Assembly: GCA_017654855.1 (NCBI GenBank)
Contig: CM030336.1
Location: forward strand, 2,232,001-2,296,000
DNA from: Podospora anserina
Taxonomy: Eukaryota
DNA length: 64,000 nucleotides
Direction: 5' to 3'
Shown here: positions 46,563 to 59,931 of the stretch, one piece after another
Position numbering within the stretch: position 1 is the first letter of the stretch
Layout of the letters: each line of letters begins with the position of its first letter
Translations under genes and position numbers: made by a program
Notes under the pieces: generated by a model
Databases searched by the model: none
The model's input: only the letters and a program-made list of their open reading frames with translations
What the model was told of the DNA's origin: nothing

Positions 46563-47364
46563 GGCTAGAGAGTACTAACTAGGGAATCCGGGAATAGTTG
46601 AGCAAACTTACAGATACATCATGTCCAAAGACTGAGAATGACAGGAGCATTTGAGTGCCTGCAGTGTGTGTTTGGTTTTATGAATGGAAAATTATCAAGT
46701 TGTGACGGTTTCAAATATACATATCATAACTCCAGAGCAACATTGCAGAGATGTCGTCGAGGAGCGTACCTTATCCAAAATCCGCCAGTGTCATGGTGAG
46801 ACATGGGGGTCCTTCACTGTGTGACGCAATCCCTGAAATCCCTAGGGCCCATGTCCACTAAAGTTACTTGACCGCCTTTACTTGTAGTGGCTGCATGGGC
46901 GTTTCTGCCCCGCACTAATCCCAAGAAAGCTTATTAGTCGCGCCTAAGCGCGCCTGACACGCCCCGTTTTCGCCGTTTCGGTACCTCGGTGGGTAATTAT
47001 TAAAGTCACTCTATTTCGACTCAAGAGTCAGCAGACAAGAGAGATTGGAGCCAGACATCACTTTGATTCTTTCATACTAGATCCGACATCTCGGGTTGCC
47101 GTTATTTCTTTAATTACCGTCCCGGCAGCTTCTTCTTTTTCTGTAAACCCAAGGAGGCCCCGAGTTCTTTTGCTTGGTACCTTTAAAGCACTGCCTGCCG
47201 CTTCAGCGCATCGCTTTTCCATCGTGCGATTCGATCTCAACTTGCTCACACCGAGCCTCAACAACAGCTGCGATTTTTCTCTTCCCATTCTCTCCATTAA
47301 GCCAGAAGACTCGTCCTCTTTGCCACAACAGAAACCTGCCTGCTGTGCGACTGCAGCCCTCAGC

Positions 47365-50300
47365 ATGGCGGCCATTTCGCCAAACGGCGCCCCTGGCGGT
47401 GAGGCCATTCTGGCGAGAATTCACGAAGCCCTCAAGGTCGTACACAGCCCATATTCTGCGAACCAGGCACGACAAGAAGCCCAATCGTTCCTCGAGGAAG
47501 TGAAGACGCTCGGCGACGCCCCATCCCACGGATACAACCTCGCCTTCGACAGGTCACAAGCTCCAATTGTCCGCCACTATGGCCTGTCCCTCCTCGAGCA
47601 CGCCGTGAAGCACAAGTGGTCGGAATACAGCATCGAGCACCAAGCCTACCTCCGCAACTGGGTCTTGCAGCTGTCCGAGTCCGTCTCGAGAGAAGACCCG
47701 TCATATCTAAGAAACAAAACTGCCCAGTTGTGGGTAGAGATAGCCAAGAGATGCTGGGCTGTGGAGTGGATGGACATGGACGAGCTGCTTGTTCGCCTCT
47801 GGAGAGTCCCAGAATCCCCAGTTCACAAGCAATTTATCCTACAGATCTTGGAAACACTGTCCGAGGAAATCTTCAACGGGGACGATTCGGTTGTAGCCCT
47901 CCGCGAAGGAGCACTCAGCAAGGCTTGCGTCGAAATATTCACCCCTGCTGCCGTCCTGACCGAAGCCTTTCCCAACCGCCAGGTGGGCCCGAATGTGCGG
48001 TTTGAAGAGGAAGGGTGGCTCAGTAGGATTACACAGTTCGTCACCGACTGCCTCAACAGCGGGGCCGTCGAGCAAAACGAGGATGCTGCGGCCTGTGTCG
48101 TGAAAGCCCTCAAGGTTCTCGCTTCAGTCATGGCCTGGGCTGTTCCCAAAGCAGTCAATGCGGTTGGCAGTCGCCCCGTTCTATGTCGCTGCCTTGCGAC
48201 TCCCAATGTTTCTGTACAAAAGGTCAGAGTTCTCTTCTCAAGTGCTCTGTGTGTGTTTTGTACTTTCACTAACACGTCACAAGGCTGCACTCGAGGCCCT
48301 CCATGCGCTCTACAACCGTACAATGTTCACCGATGAGGACTTTATCGATCTTGTTGTGCCAATGTATGGCGAAGACGTGGTGGATTTGTTCAAGCGGCTC
48401 TTCGAGTGGTCTACAGTTGACGCCCAGGATATCGACGATGACAAGTATACGTTCGCCAAGAAGTTCTCCGAGGCAAGCCTGCACCCTCGGGTCACTATTA
48501 GACTGCATCCGTGATGCTAATAGGGGATACAGACAGTATGTTCGCTGGCCAACTACCTGGACCGGAAGTTTGCGGCCATCCCTCCTCAAGTAAACGTGCA
48601 GGGGTTTTTTCAACTCCTTATGTTGGTAGTGAAGAGTCAAAGTCTCGTCGTTTCGATCCCCGTCTTGGTGAGTTGGACTCGTCTTTTGAGCCATCGCACT
48701 CTGGGGCCGGCGGCTTCGAATATGCCATTCATCCCAGATCTTCTTGAGTTGTGCAGCAGCCGTCTCATACGGTATGAGAACCTGCCAGATGATACCGATG
48801 ATCCAACATATGTATTGCTTCTCGAGGACACAGACACGCTTCCCGAGCGACATGCTTTCCTCGGAAATTATCGTCGTTACAGTTGCCAGGTCATTGAAAG
48901 CATCGTCAATCTTCGATTGTCCGATGCCTTCTCACATATCCTTGGAAAGGCAGAGGCTGCCTTCCGGACACTCTACGACGGGCAACCGCCTCTCAATGGT
49001 AAGCTTCAACTGGTGTCATAATTGTTCCGTATGCTGTGTTTCTACGACTGACATTACTTGCAGCTGCAAACTACTCCAAAAGCTCAGTTCCTGTGTTGAC
49101 AGTGGATACACACGCTACTGTCATCGAAACAGCACTTAGGGGGTATATCAAGTGGAGGTCTTCACGTAACTCGACTCCAGAGGAGGTGAGTGGTCCTCGT
49201 CATTACCAGCTAGTAGGTGCGATTTAAAGCTAACCTGCCTGAAACAAAAGGAGCAAAAGGTTGCGGGCATCGAGGACCACTTTGAGAAATGGTGTGGGCA
49301 GCTCTTGGAAATGAAATTCGAGGTACAGATTCCGCTTCTGGTCTTATGTAATGGAAAGCCTATGCTCACATCTCACTAGGACCCTCTGATCAGGAAGCGT
49401 GTTCTCCAGCTTCTTGTGGCCTTTTCTACGACTGCTCTTGACTCTAACCCGGGCTTCATGTTGAGAGTGCTTGAGCACATCTTGATGACTTGGCCAGCTT
49501 TGCAGCCCGACCATAAGCTCCTCAATGATGCTATTCGAGATTTGCAAAACGAAAGCATGATTGAGCTGCAGCGGCTCGCCTCCAAGATGCCCGACCACTT
49601 ATTAGTAAGGCTTCTCCTGTTCCGTATCCGGGGACACAGGCGACTGATTCATCATCCAGGATGTGTACGACCAACTGGAAGCCAAGATCAAAGAGATGAT
49701 AGCATCTGGTACTCTGGATGAGAAGCGCCAGATTGCATACCAGAGTTTTCTTTTCATCATCATGTGAGTCCTCCAATATTCAGTCTGCTCGGATTGTAGC
49801 AAGTAGCTTACTCATTCAAGTCACCGTTCCACCCGAATTGACCCAGGTGTGCGCCTACAGAGACTATCGTCTTTCATTGAGCCTGTGAGGAACCAATGGA
49901 AAGATGAGTCACTCAAACAAGCACTCAGCTCGTATGATGGGTTCTGCCAGCTACTCGGCCTGGACAGGGCGCAAAGGTACTTGGCCCAGCGCCGCATCCA
50001 CGAGGTTGCCGACTGGGGTGCGGCAGATCTCGACGCCGAGGGCCTTGCTCTCCAGGTGGAGTTGGAGCAAAGACAGACGGTGAGTGTCTCCGGCGCTGTT
50101 GTGCTCTTTCCCCAGCTAACCAGTCATCCCAGATGCTGCCCCTGCGGATGACCAAATCATTCTTAACTTACTCCGTCGAGAAACTGGAGAAGAACTCGCC
50201 CCCCTATCAAGCATCATGTGCTCTTTGGCAGGACAGCTTCCCGCTTATTCTCCCAGAGTTGCTCAAGTTCTTGAGGTATGCACCTGTTGCCCCGATGGAG

Positions 50301-51754
50301 TTGATAGCGCAACGTCCTTTTGCTGACCTTGATCCAGTTATGCACATGCGTCTCACAATCCAAAGAACTGGAGCCAGCTGCCGGTAGAGATGCAATCGGT
50401 CGCCACCCGTGTCCTGACCGATCGCTTTTGGCAAGCCGGTATCTCTGAAGGGAGTAAGGATGACTTCTATGCGCGGGTCCTTGGCAAAAAGAGCACGCTT
50501 GAGGGCCTGGCCTCGACTATTCGTGGCTCTGTCCGGTTCGTGCGGGAGACGTGCTATGCTATCATATACTGCATGAGTCGGCTCGACATGCAGTTCTATG
50601 GCTTCCTCGAGCTCCCGGGCCCACTTGCCAACGCACTGTTTGCAGACTCGTTCTGTTTGTCAGCGCACCAGATCATCAACTTGCTGAATCTGGTCAGGTA
50701 CCTGGTTGACCACTGTCCAGTAGAGCTCCGAGAACACTTCCTGCCTCCCATTCTCGCTACCTGTTTTGAGCAGATGGATACCAAGATCACATCAGAATGG
50801 GATAAGTTGGGCCAGCGAGAGGCTGTACAGGCTGGCGGAGAAGAGTTGACGGAGGAGATGAAGGCTGAGAGTATCCTCCGGCAACTCACATATTCCGCCG
50901 TGTTGATGGTAGCCGATGTTCTTGACCCATCCCGAATCTGTAAGTTCTGACGAGCTGACCCGAGCCCTTTGCCATCTTCCTATGCTAACCAGGATCCAGC
51001 TGGTCCCGTGGGCAAGGTGGAAGACGGAACGCCTGAGAAGAAGCTTCCTTCTCTCCGCAAATTTTGCTTGATGAACTCGGCCATTGCGGTTCCACTATTG
51101 GTTTTCTGCAGCCATGCCATCAAGATGCACGACGGACGATGCTGCGGAGTGGTACTGCGCGTTTTCAAGTCCATCGTGCCCGAGTTCCACCGTACGGACC
51201 AACCCAAGGCCCATAAGGAGGGTGGAAGCACAGCGCCTTTGGATGACGGCTTCCCAATTCCAGAGGAGAGTGCCAGGGAGATTCGCGAATTCATCTCTGC
51301 TGAAGTTTTGAAGGCCGCCATCACAGCGCTCCACGATCCATATTTTGTCGACTCCCAAAAGGATATTGGATCTCTGATTGCGCATATTCTTGCGCACTAT
51401 GCCTCCCTGACGCCAACTCCACGGAACATTCTTGTGCAGTTGCCGGGAATCAGGGAGGACCAGGTTGATCAGACAATTCGCTACGTTTCTGGACCAGGCG
51501 TGCATTCGAGGCAGCAGCGAGCCATGGTGTTGGACCTGCTTCGAGATCTCAAGGGCGTGAGCATCTCCGAGATGGGCAAACTCAACAAGAGCCTAGGTAC
51601 CCCGTCGCGAAGCAGCAAGTCCAAGCGGAGCAAGATGGCTCAAGAGTTCATGACTCCAGTGGACACAACACATGGTGGAAATCCCAGTGACGGAACCGGA
51701 AGAGGCAAGACACCCGATCTGGAAGGGGTAGCGGGCATGTTCGATGAGCCTTAG
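47365..51754 (+). CDS. MSN5: Karyopherin Msn5/exportin-5
   Basis: [106 protein letters not shown]. Multi-exon (about 10 introns). Confidence 0.9.
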
Positions 51755-52966
51755 GAATTGTGTTCGATATTGCCTTCGTTGTGTTACGGTCGTTTACAGG
51801 TGATTGCGTTGCGAAGAGTGAGGTGAAAACGAGCAGTGCCTAGACGATAGTCTTGTGATTTTGCATTGATCTGGAGAGGGAAGGAATCAGCACAAGTATT
51901 GGTTAGCAAGCATTAGGTAGTTGTAAAGACAGCGTATTGAGGACAGCACAACACTGAATACAAGTACCGTTAATACCGGGCATCGAAATGTCTGGCAGTT
52001 GGACTTTGAATCAGAAGCACAATCGATGCTGTCAGTTATGATGAGGGGTTACTGTGTATGTGAATGTAGGTGGTACTAATGGCATTGCTCCGGCCTAGTG
52101 CTTGTGCAGGGGATGGGTGGGTGTTTCGGGTGATCACGTTGCCGATGACTGGTCGGGTTGGACCAAGCCCCTCAGTCATGACACTGTCTACCTATCACGA
52201 TGCTCGGGCGCGACACTTTTTCTTTCAACTTGGTTTATGCTGTTATAGTATACCATTTTGAACCTCGGCAACAATCGCCACGGAGCTCGCCGCTCTCTCA
52301 AAGAAACAGCCCGGACATAGACAACCCCGCCGTTGGCAGGATTGCCAAGTCTTGGGGTAGCTCAGCCCTATTCGCGGTCTATGAGGAGAAGGAATCATCA
52401 CTTGAGTTAACCGCGTTGCCGAATCAACCTTCACGGTTCGGAGGTTTGCGACCTTCGACAACTCTCGACAAGAAATAGGGGGTTAGAAAAGGGGCGATTG
52501 CCCCACAAATCGTTATATCCGCCCACCTCCCGACCCTCTTACACAGCTCACACCGCATCCACCGCATATTCTTACCCATCTTTCCAGACAACGAGAAACG
52601 AACTGGGTCCAGTAAACCCAATCCCAGGTCGCCATAGCCTGTGGTCACGGATCGAGTATTGCTTCTTCTTCTGGCTACTGTTTGGAAACACTCTTACTTG
52701 CAGCACAGTCTAGTTGATCGCCCGCCAAGTGTATGTAATGCGTTTCATGCCGGCATAGGGAACCGAAAGAGGACATCTACAACGATACAACTCTGGCCGC
52801 CCCCCCAAGACAGGTCTTTGGCTGGAATCCCGAGGCAGATCCATATAGCTTTGCAGATCCGGTTCTGGCCCCGAAGGTTTGGGCTTGCTTTCTTTCTTCC
52901 ACGCGAGCCACTTGTCCGGTTTGGGCTTTGTGAGAAACTGTTGTGCAAAGAGATCGACTGCTCAAG

Positions 52967-55038
52967 ATGGTGTATCTGGGTAGACCCTCCAAGGGTTGTC
53001 AGATGTGTAGGACCAGGAGGATAAAGGTACTCGGCCTCCTGACGTGATACAGACGATGATTTACGAGAACATCGATGGCTAATTACAACAGTGCGACGAA
53101 ACAAAGCCAACATGCAACCAGTGTGCCAAGGCCCGTCGACAGTGTCCGGGATACAGAGACGAATTTGATCTTCTACTTCGAAACGAAAACCAGGCGGCAG
53201 CCAGGAGGGCACTGAAAGCCAACACCGCCGCTGCTTCATCCAGCAGCAGCAGCAGCAGCAAGAAAGCCACTGCTTCCAACAAGAACGCACAACCGCACCC
53301 CCGGCAGCAGGCATTACAACTCTCTAGATCCCAGACAGTAGCACTCACCAACTCTCTCAGCATCCCAGTTGAAGACCTCGCCACTTGTCACTTCCTATCT
53401 AATTTTGTTCTGGTCCCGCCGCAAGAACAACACTCGGCAAGAGGGTACAATCACTTTCTGCTTCCCTTGCTGCAGCAGTACTCGAACGGCACGAACAGAG
53501 AAGAAATCACGCACCTCCAGCACGCATTCAACGCCTGTGCTTTGGCTTCACTGGGGGAGAGATATGGAGCCCCCAGCCCCGGCCGCGGGCATGGGCGTTT
53601 AACAACAGGAAAAGAAAAGGAGACGCTCCTTCGAAAGGGGGCTGAAGAATACACGCTTGCTCTGATGGCCACAAATGCGGCTCTGAGGGATCCAATTCGG
53701 TGTAAAGAGGATGGAACCCTGGCAGCTGTTTTGTTGCTGGGCATGTTTGAGGTATGTCTGAGCCGCCGCTTGTTTTGCAGTCATTTGTGGAAAAGGGCTT
53801 ACCTCTCTGATCTTTCAGAACATCACCGCCAGACAAGACACCGGGTCAGCCTGGGGTTCCCACGTCGAGGGAGCAGTCCAGCTCGTCAAGGCCCGAGGGA
53901 AGAAACAGCTCAAGTCAAAGCTGGGGGTGCAGTTATTTGTCGTTGTACGGTCACAGCTAGTATGTGTCATTCTTTCGGTTTCGTTGCTCTCTTCCATGCT
54001 TCTGGGCTGACACGTTGTAGATCATCCACAACTTCATCACTGCCACACCCCTCCCCATGGGGGTTTCATGGTGGTTAAACGAGGACGCAAACTCGGATCC
54101 AACTGCCAACGCGTGCGAGCGACTCAACCTCTTGACGGCCGAACTGAGAAGCGAGGCGTACGGCTTCTTCTCCAGCCCACTATCGTTCTCCTCCTCGCCA
54201 GCATCCATCGCCGCGGTCGAAGAGTTCCTCGCTCGAGCTCGAGCCCTCGATGCCGAGGCTGTCGAATGGTTCGCCACTTTACCCCGGTCCTGGCAAATCG
54301 AATCCATCCCGTATTCGTCATCCGGCAACGAGAATATTTTTCCTGGTGTTGCGCATGTGTACCCGGATATGTGGACCGCAGCCATCTTCAACCTCGCACG
54401 TGCTACTCGAATGGTGCTCATGTCGATCATCGTGCGGTGTGCCGCGTTTTTGGTCCGGCCGGGAGACTATCGGACCACGGCAGAGTATGCCTTTGCCGCG
54501 AGGACGGCGAGCAGTGTGGTGAGTGAAGTGATTGCGAGTGTTCCATATCATCTTGGGCATCTCCCGCCACGGAAAGACAAGAGGGGGAATCCAATAGAAA
54601 ACAGTCTTAATGGTAGAGGGTTGGGGGGGTATTTCTTGACGTGGCCATTGGCGTGTGTCGTTACTCACGATCATGTAACTGATGCTCGTAAGTCACTATC
54701 CCGCTATGTTTAGAGAGAAGGAAGCTGCTGATCAAAGAACATACAGAACGGGAATATGTGCGGGGACGGTTGAGGTATATCGGGGATGAGCATGGGATCA
54801 AGTATGCGAGGGTGCTGTTTGGGGTTTGTGGATCCTCCCGCGTTGAGCTTCATTAGACGCCAGACGCTAACAGGCATAATAGGTTAACCTCAGGCTTCCG
54901 AGTATGCTTATCTTTAAGGATGGAAAGCTTGCCGCTGCGGCGGCTGCAAGTAAAATCCCGGGGGCGAACAGTGTTGGGGGTTCGGCCGGTGCTGTCATGC
55001 GTGCGGCGGGTCTCACGAGTAGACTCAGATCGGTGTGA
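52967..55038 (+). CDS. Zn(II)2Cys6 transcription factor (MVYxGxPSKGC-type, fungal-specific TF domain)
   Basis: MVYLGRPSKGCQMCRTRRIK|CDETKPTCNQCAKARRQCPGY (C-x2-C-x6-C-x6-C-x2-C-x6-C, split by intron 53027-53091); LAAVLLLGMFE, WGSHVEGA, VIASVPYHLG, GGYFLTWPL. Five introns. Confidence 0.9.
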
Positions 55039-55214
55039 GAAGGCAAGGAGGGGATAGCCACAGCTTGTGTCTTTGGAGTTTTATATGAATTGAATACCCT
55101 GGTGTACAAGTAATCCTGGTCCATCATGAAATAGTCATAAGTCATTGAGATGCTTTCTTTCCATTTGGTCTCTAATCAAACCAACCAAGCCTCAAAGGAA
55201 ACGAAAACCCCCGT

Positions 55215-55681
55215 TTAGTCACTGCCGATCTTGGGACTCTTTTGTTTTGTGAGGAAGTTTCTATCTCCTTGATTAGCAAGCCTCGAGAGAAGTTGTATGA
55301 ATCACGACATACCTCTTGCGCTTCGAAGTATCAACTGCATTCCCGCTCAGATCCCATGCCTTGACAAACCAGCTCTGTGTCGCATCCAGATACGACTCGT
55401 CCTTGACATTTTTGACACTGACACGAAGACCGTCTTTGGTGAAGACCATGTTTTTGTCGCCCATCTGCTTTTCGGCCTGGTCCTTGATCTTCATGACAGA
55501 AACGTAAATCTGATAGCCAACCCAGGCCATTACGCCCAGTACTGCCAGGACGATAAACAACGGGATGAGTTGCCTGTTGGGCTTGGTTAGTTGGAAGCTT
55601 GTGGCCCAAGAGTCTGGGTAAGTCAAACCTAGCTGCTGATGGTGGCGGCGGAGGAGGCGCCTTTGTCTTTCCCCAAGCCAT
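55215..55681 (-). CDS. Small (~120 aa) single-pass membrane protein of unknown function
   Basis: Exon1 MAWGKTKAPPPPPPSAAR; exon2 QLIPLFIVLAVLGVMAWVGYQIY...VFTKDGLRVSVK...YLDATQSWFVKAWDL; exon3 NFLTKQKSPKIGSD*. Both introns are GT-AG with branch sites and restore frame. Confidence 0.8.
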
Positions 55682-55703
55682 GATGATGATGATGATGATG
55701 ATG
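55680..55703. repeat. (ATG)8 / (CAT)8 microsatellite overlapping the start codon of the small membrane protein gene
   Basis: Directly visible. Confidence 0.9.
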
Positions 55704-56957
55704 ACGAAAATGTACAGAGTCGAGGCGTGGTCGCTTTCTAGAATCTAGGTAGGCGGGATGTCGGCTTTTCTAGTAGGTTTGATCTAAATACACACGAGAG
55801 AAAAAGAGGTGATCGTAATTTAATGACAGGTCTTGTCCAACAAGGCAGACCGTCTGGACAGTGTCAGGCGGTACCTAGTTGTATTGTCGGGGCTTTGGTC
55901 ACGGTGCATGGACAGATGTGGCGGGATGTTGCTGCATGACAGCTTTTTGTCCTCTATTTCAGTCCCCTACTGCCTCTTTCCATCTGCAGGACCGTTGCAG
56001 AGCCCTGAGCCATTTTAACCACTTGCCGATTGCCCTCCAAGCTTGGTCAACCGGTTATCCATGTCGGCCATGCATTGCAGCAGAAAAGAATTGTATGTAG
56101 CTGAACCCAAATGCTGGTTGGTGGCCTCGCAGAGGTGCCGTGTTGTCCGGCTTGTCTCTGTTAGCGCAGCTCCAGCCTCGGGAGATGACGCGCCCTGGTG
56201 GGGTGAGTGATCTACCCGGCGGGTACCTCATCAATGGAGGGGGAACTTGCGAAGCCCCGCGGCTAATCGCATGCATTTATCGAGGGTCTCGATAAGCATG
56301 TACCGGGCAGCATGCACCATGCAGCCAGAAGGGTTACCTTCTTCATAAAGCTGCTGCACGTCAGTTCCAGGTTTCTGGCACCAGATGCGCCGGTCGAGGT
56401 TGCCTATAAAATAGAGGTCTCCTACACTACACTGCCCATAATTCACTGAGGATAGAGCAATAGTTGATCACCATACCTAACCCTGACGATGGAAAGTGGA
56501 CTGATGCATCCCTAGGCTGGCTTGTGTTCTTGGCCCAAGCTCCCCTTCAGAATCCCCACATTTTCTACTGCTTCCCTGCCAAGAGCCTTTCCATTGTCTG
56601 TGGCTGGTGCTTCCCTCGCCTCACCGCACACTGAGACGTTGAGGCCAGTCTGTCCCGTCAACCCGCAACCCCTCGCTGCCACAGTTGCTCAAGGTTGAGG
56701 CGACAGCTGTCCCGACCGCATCCCACACATAACCCTGAGACACCAGCCCAGGGAGCTCTGCTCCATTAGCCACCACGCCTCACGACTGACGTCCGTCAGT
56801 CAACCGCCATTCTTGCCATCTTGCCAGGTTGCGCAAATCACCAAACTTTGCTCAAAGTCGGCCGCCCTGTTATTACCGTGCTGAGGCTGCACGCACTGCT
56901 CGCGCCTTGATCATCACGACACCTCGCTTTCTTCAGCCGACACCTGTCCAGCACAGC

Positions 56958-59931
56958 ATGTCTGGTGCTTCCAACGACGGCTACGGCCAGTACCCGCCCC
57001 AGCAGCCCGGCGACCACCAGCAGCAACCTCCATATCCCGACCAAGCCTACGATAACGCTGCCCCCGTCGCCCCAGGTCACGCCGCCGATCACGGCAGAAA
57101 AAAGAAGAGACAATATGCCGCCAGCGCTTTCGACGTCGGCGTGGGGGGTAATGTTGTAGCGGGAGGGCAGCCCATCCCAGGGGCAGCTCCATATGGAGCT
57201 CCAGCTGCTGTTCCAGCTTATGGAGGTTATCCCGCGCAACCAGAGGTCCAGCCAGCCGCCTATGGCGCTCAACCTGCCCAGCCATACGGCCAGCCCGCTG
57301 CTGTCAGCGGTTACCAGGCTCCGGATCCCTACTATCCCTCGGCCGGAGCTGTCCCGGCTCCTGGCGGCGTTGCCGGTCTAACTGCCGGTTTCCAGGGCAT
57401 GAACCTGGGTGCTGGTGCTCCCGGCGGTATTCCACAACAGCAACCGCAACAGCTCCCCCCTCAGGCGAGAGCTGGTCCTTTGAATCAGCTTTACCCGACT
57501 GATCTCCTCAACCAGCCATTCAATGTGTCTGAATTGGACCTCCCTCCACCCCCCATCATCTTGCCTCCCAACGTAGGTCTTTTGTATCCGGAATCTACCA
57601 CCTCCGGACATGCTAACAAATCTCGCAGGCGAGCGTCACCCCATCCCCAGATGCGAACTGCCTTCCCAAGTACGTGCGATCCACGCTCAATGCCGTTCCA
57701 ACGACCCACAGCCTCCTCAAGAAGAGCAAACTTCCCTTTTCGCTGGTGATTCAACCCTATGCCGCCCTCCACGATCTCGATGACCCCGTCCCTGTGGTCC
57801 AAGACCAAGTCATCTCCCGCTGCCGGAGATGCAGATCCTACATCAACCCCTTCGTGACCTTCTTGGATCACGGCCACCGGTGGAGATGCAACATGTGCAA
57901 CCTCACCAACGACGTTCCCCAGGCCTTTGACTGGGATGCTGCTGCGCAGAAGAGTGTGGACCGGTGGCAACGGCACGAGCTCAACCACGCCGTGGTTGAG
58001 TTCGTTGCTCCTCAGGAGTACATGGTCAGACCACCCCAACCGCTGGTCTACCTGTTTTTGTTTGATGTCAGCTACGCTTCCGTCTCTAGCGGTCTCCTGG
58101 CCACGGCAGCCCGCACTATTGAGGCCAGCCTCGACAGAATACCGAACGCTGACCGCCGTACCCGTCTCGGCTTTATGGCTGTCGATTCGAGCTTGCATTA
58201 CTTTTCGGTCCCCAAAGACACGGACGAGAATGGCGAAACAAGCATGCTCGTGGTTAGCGATCTTGACGAGCCCTTCCTTCCAGTTCCCGGCGAGCTGTTG
58301 GTTCCCCTGACCGAGTCCCGCCGGAGTATCGAAAACTTCCTCACCAAACTTCCCAAGATGTTTGAGCATAATCAGGATAATGGCTCTTGCATGGGCTCTG
58401 CTCTTCGTGCAGGAGACAAACTGATCTCTCCTTTGGGTGGCAAGCTTGTCGTTTTGAGCGCATCACTGCCTAATGTCGGACACGGAAAGCTCACAATGAG
58501 AGAGGACAAGAAGCTTCTGGGCACTTCTAAGGAAGGCTCTCTGCTTCAGACTGCCGCGACGTTTTACAAGTCCTTTGCGGTGGAGTGTTCCAAGAACCAG
58601 GTGTCGATTGACATGTTCCTCTTCTCATCGCAATATCAGGATGTGGCTTCTCTGAGCAATCTCCCGAGATATACGGGTGGTCAGACGTGGTTTTATCCTG
58701 GGTGGAACGCTGGGCGTGCCGAGGATGCTATCAAGTTTGCCTCTGAATTCAGGGACTATCTGTCTTCGGAGATTGGGTTGGAAGCTGTCCTTCGCGTGCG
58801 TGCTACTACCGGCTTGCGCATGAGTACGTTTTATGGCAACTTTTTCACCCGAAGCTCCGACTTGTGTGCTTTCCCGGCATTCCCTCGCGACCAGTGCTAT
58901 GTGGTGGAGGTGGCGATTGATGAGAATTTGACCAAGGATGTTGTTTGCATGCAGACGGCCGTCTTGCACACGACTTGCAACGGCGAGCGCCGCATCCGCG
59001 TCATGACGCTTGCTCTGCCCACCACGACCAACCTTGCCGATGTGTACGCTTCGGCCGACCAGGCCGCCATCACGACATACTACACGCACAAGGCTGTTGA
59101 AAGGGCATTGGGCAGCGGTTTGGATTCGGCGAGAGATCTTCTCCAGAAAACAATCACGGACCTTTTACAGACGTTCAAGAAAGAGCTGGCAGGCGGCAGC
59201 ATGGGCGGTGGACTCCAGTTCCCATCCAACTTGCGTGGCCTTCCAGCACTGTTCCTCGGCTTGATGAAGCATGTTGGTCTGAGGAAGTCGGCCCAGATTC
59301 CATCGGATCTGAGGTCGGCTGCTCTGTGCCTTCTTTCCACTCTTCCGGTTCCTCTTTTGATGCAGTACATCTACCCCCGGCTGTACTCTCTTCACGATAT
59401 GCCTGACAATGCCGGTATTCCGGACCCCGAAACAAGTCAAATCGTGCTCCCGCCCCCTCTCAACTTGTCATCAGAAAAGTTTGTTCCCTACGGTCTGTAT
59501 CTGATTGACGACGGGCAAACACAATTCCTGTGGGTGGGTCGCGAAGCGGTGCCTCAGCTTCTTGTTGATGTGTTTGATGTTGCGGACCGGACGCAGCTCC
59601 AGGTTGGCAAGGCCACACTCAAGGAGCTGGACAATGACTTCAATGAGCGGGTCCGGGCTGTCATTCAGAAGAGTCGAGACCACAAGTCCAAGGGCGTGGG
59701 AAGCATCATCGTCCCGCACCTCTACATTGTTCGGGAGGATGGCGAGCCTAGCTTGAAGCTATGGGCTCAGACATTGCTGGTGGAGGACCGGGCTGACCAA
59801 GGACTGAGCTACGTACAATGGATGGGCTCCTTGAGAGAAAAGGTAAGTTCCTAGCAAGACAATGAGGAGCATGGGCTCCAGCCAGTGCGACAGGCTTCAT
59901 TGCTAACGCCGGAGTCCAGGTTGTTCAATAA
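56958..59931 (+). CDS. SEC24: COPII coat subunit Sec24
   Basis: P/Q/G-rich N-terminus, zinc finger [12 protein letters not shown]...[22 protein letters not shown], trunk and gelsolin domains. Introns ~57573-57629 and 59843-59919; last exon VVQ*. Confidence 0.96.

Noticed and set aside
47170..47364. In-frame upstream extensions from near-cognate or upstream starts (MSN5; also COG6, MAK3, SEC24, LRO1)
   Set aside because: Pyrimidine-rich leaders are often stop-poor by chance, and family similarity begins at the downstream ATG. Unsupported without Ribo-seq.
57491..58369. 292-aa antisense ORF within SEC24 (and similar antisense ORFs in LRO1, the AAA ATPase and DnaJ)
   Set aside because: Expected from C-ending codon bias of the sense gene; no independent evidence.
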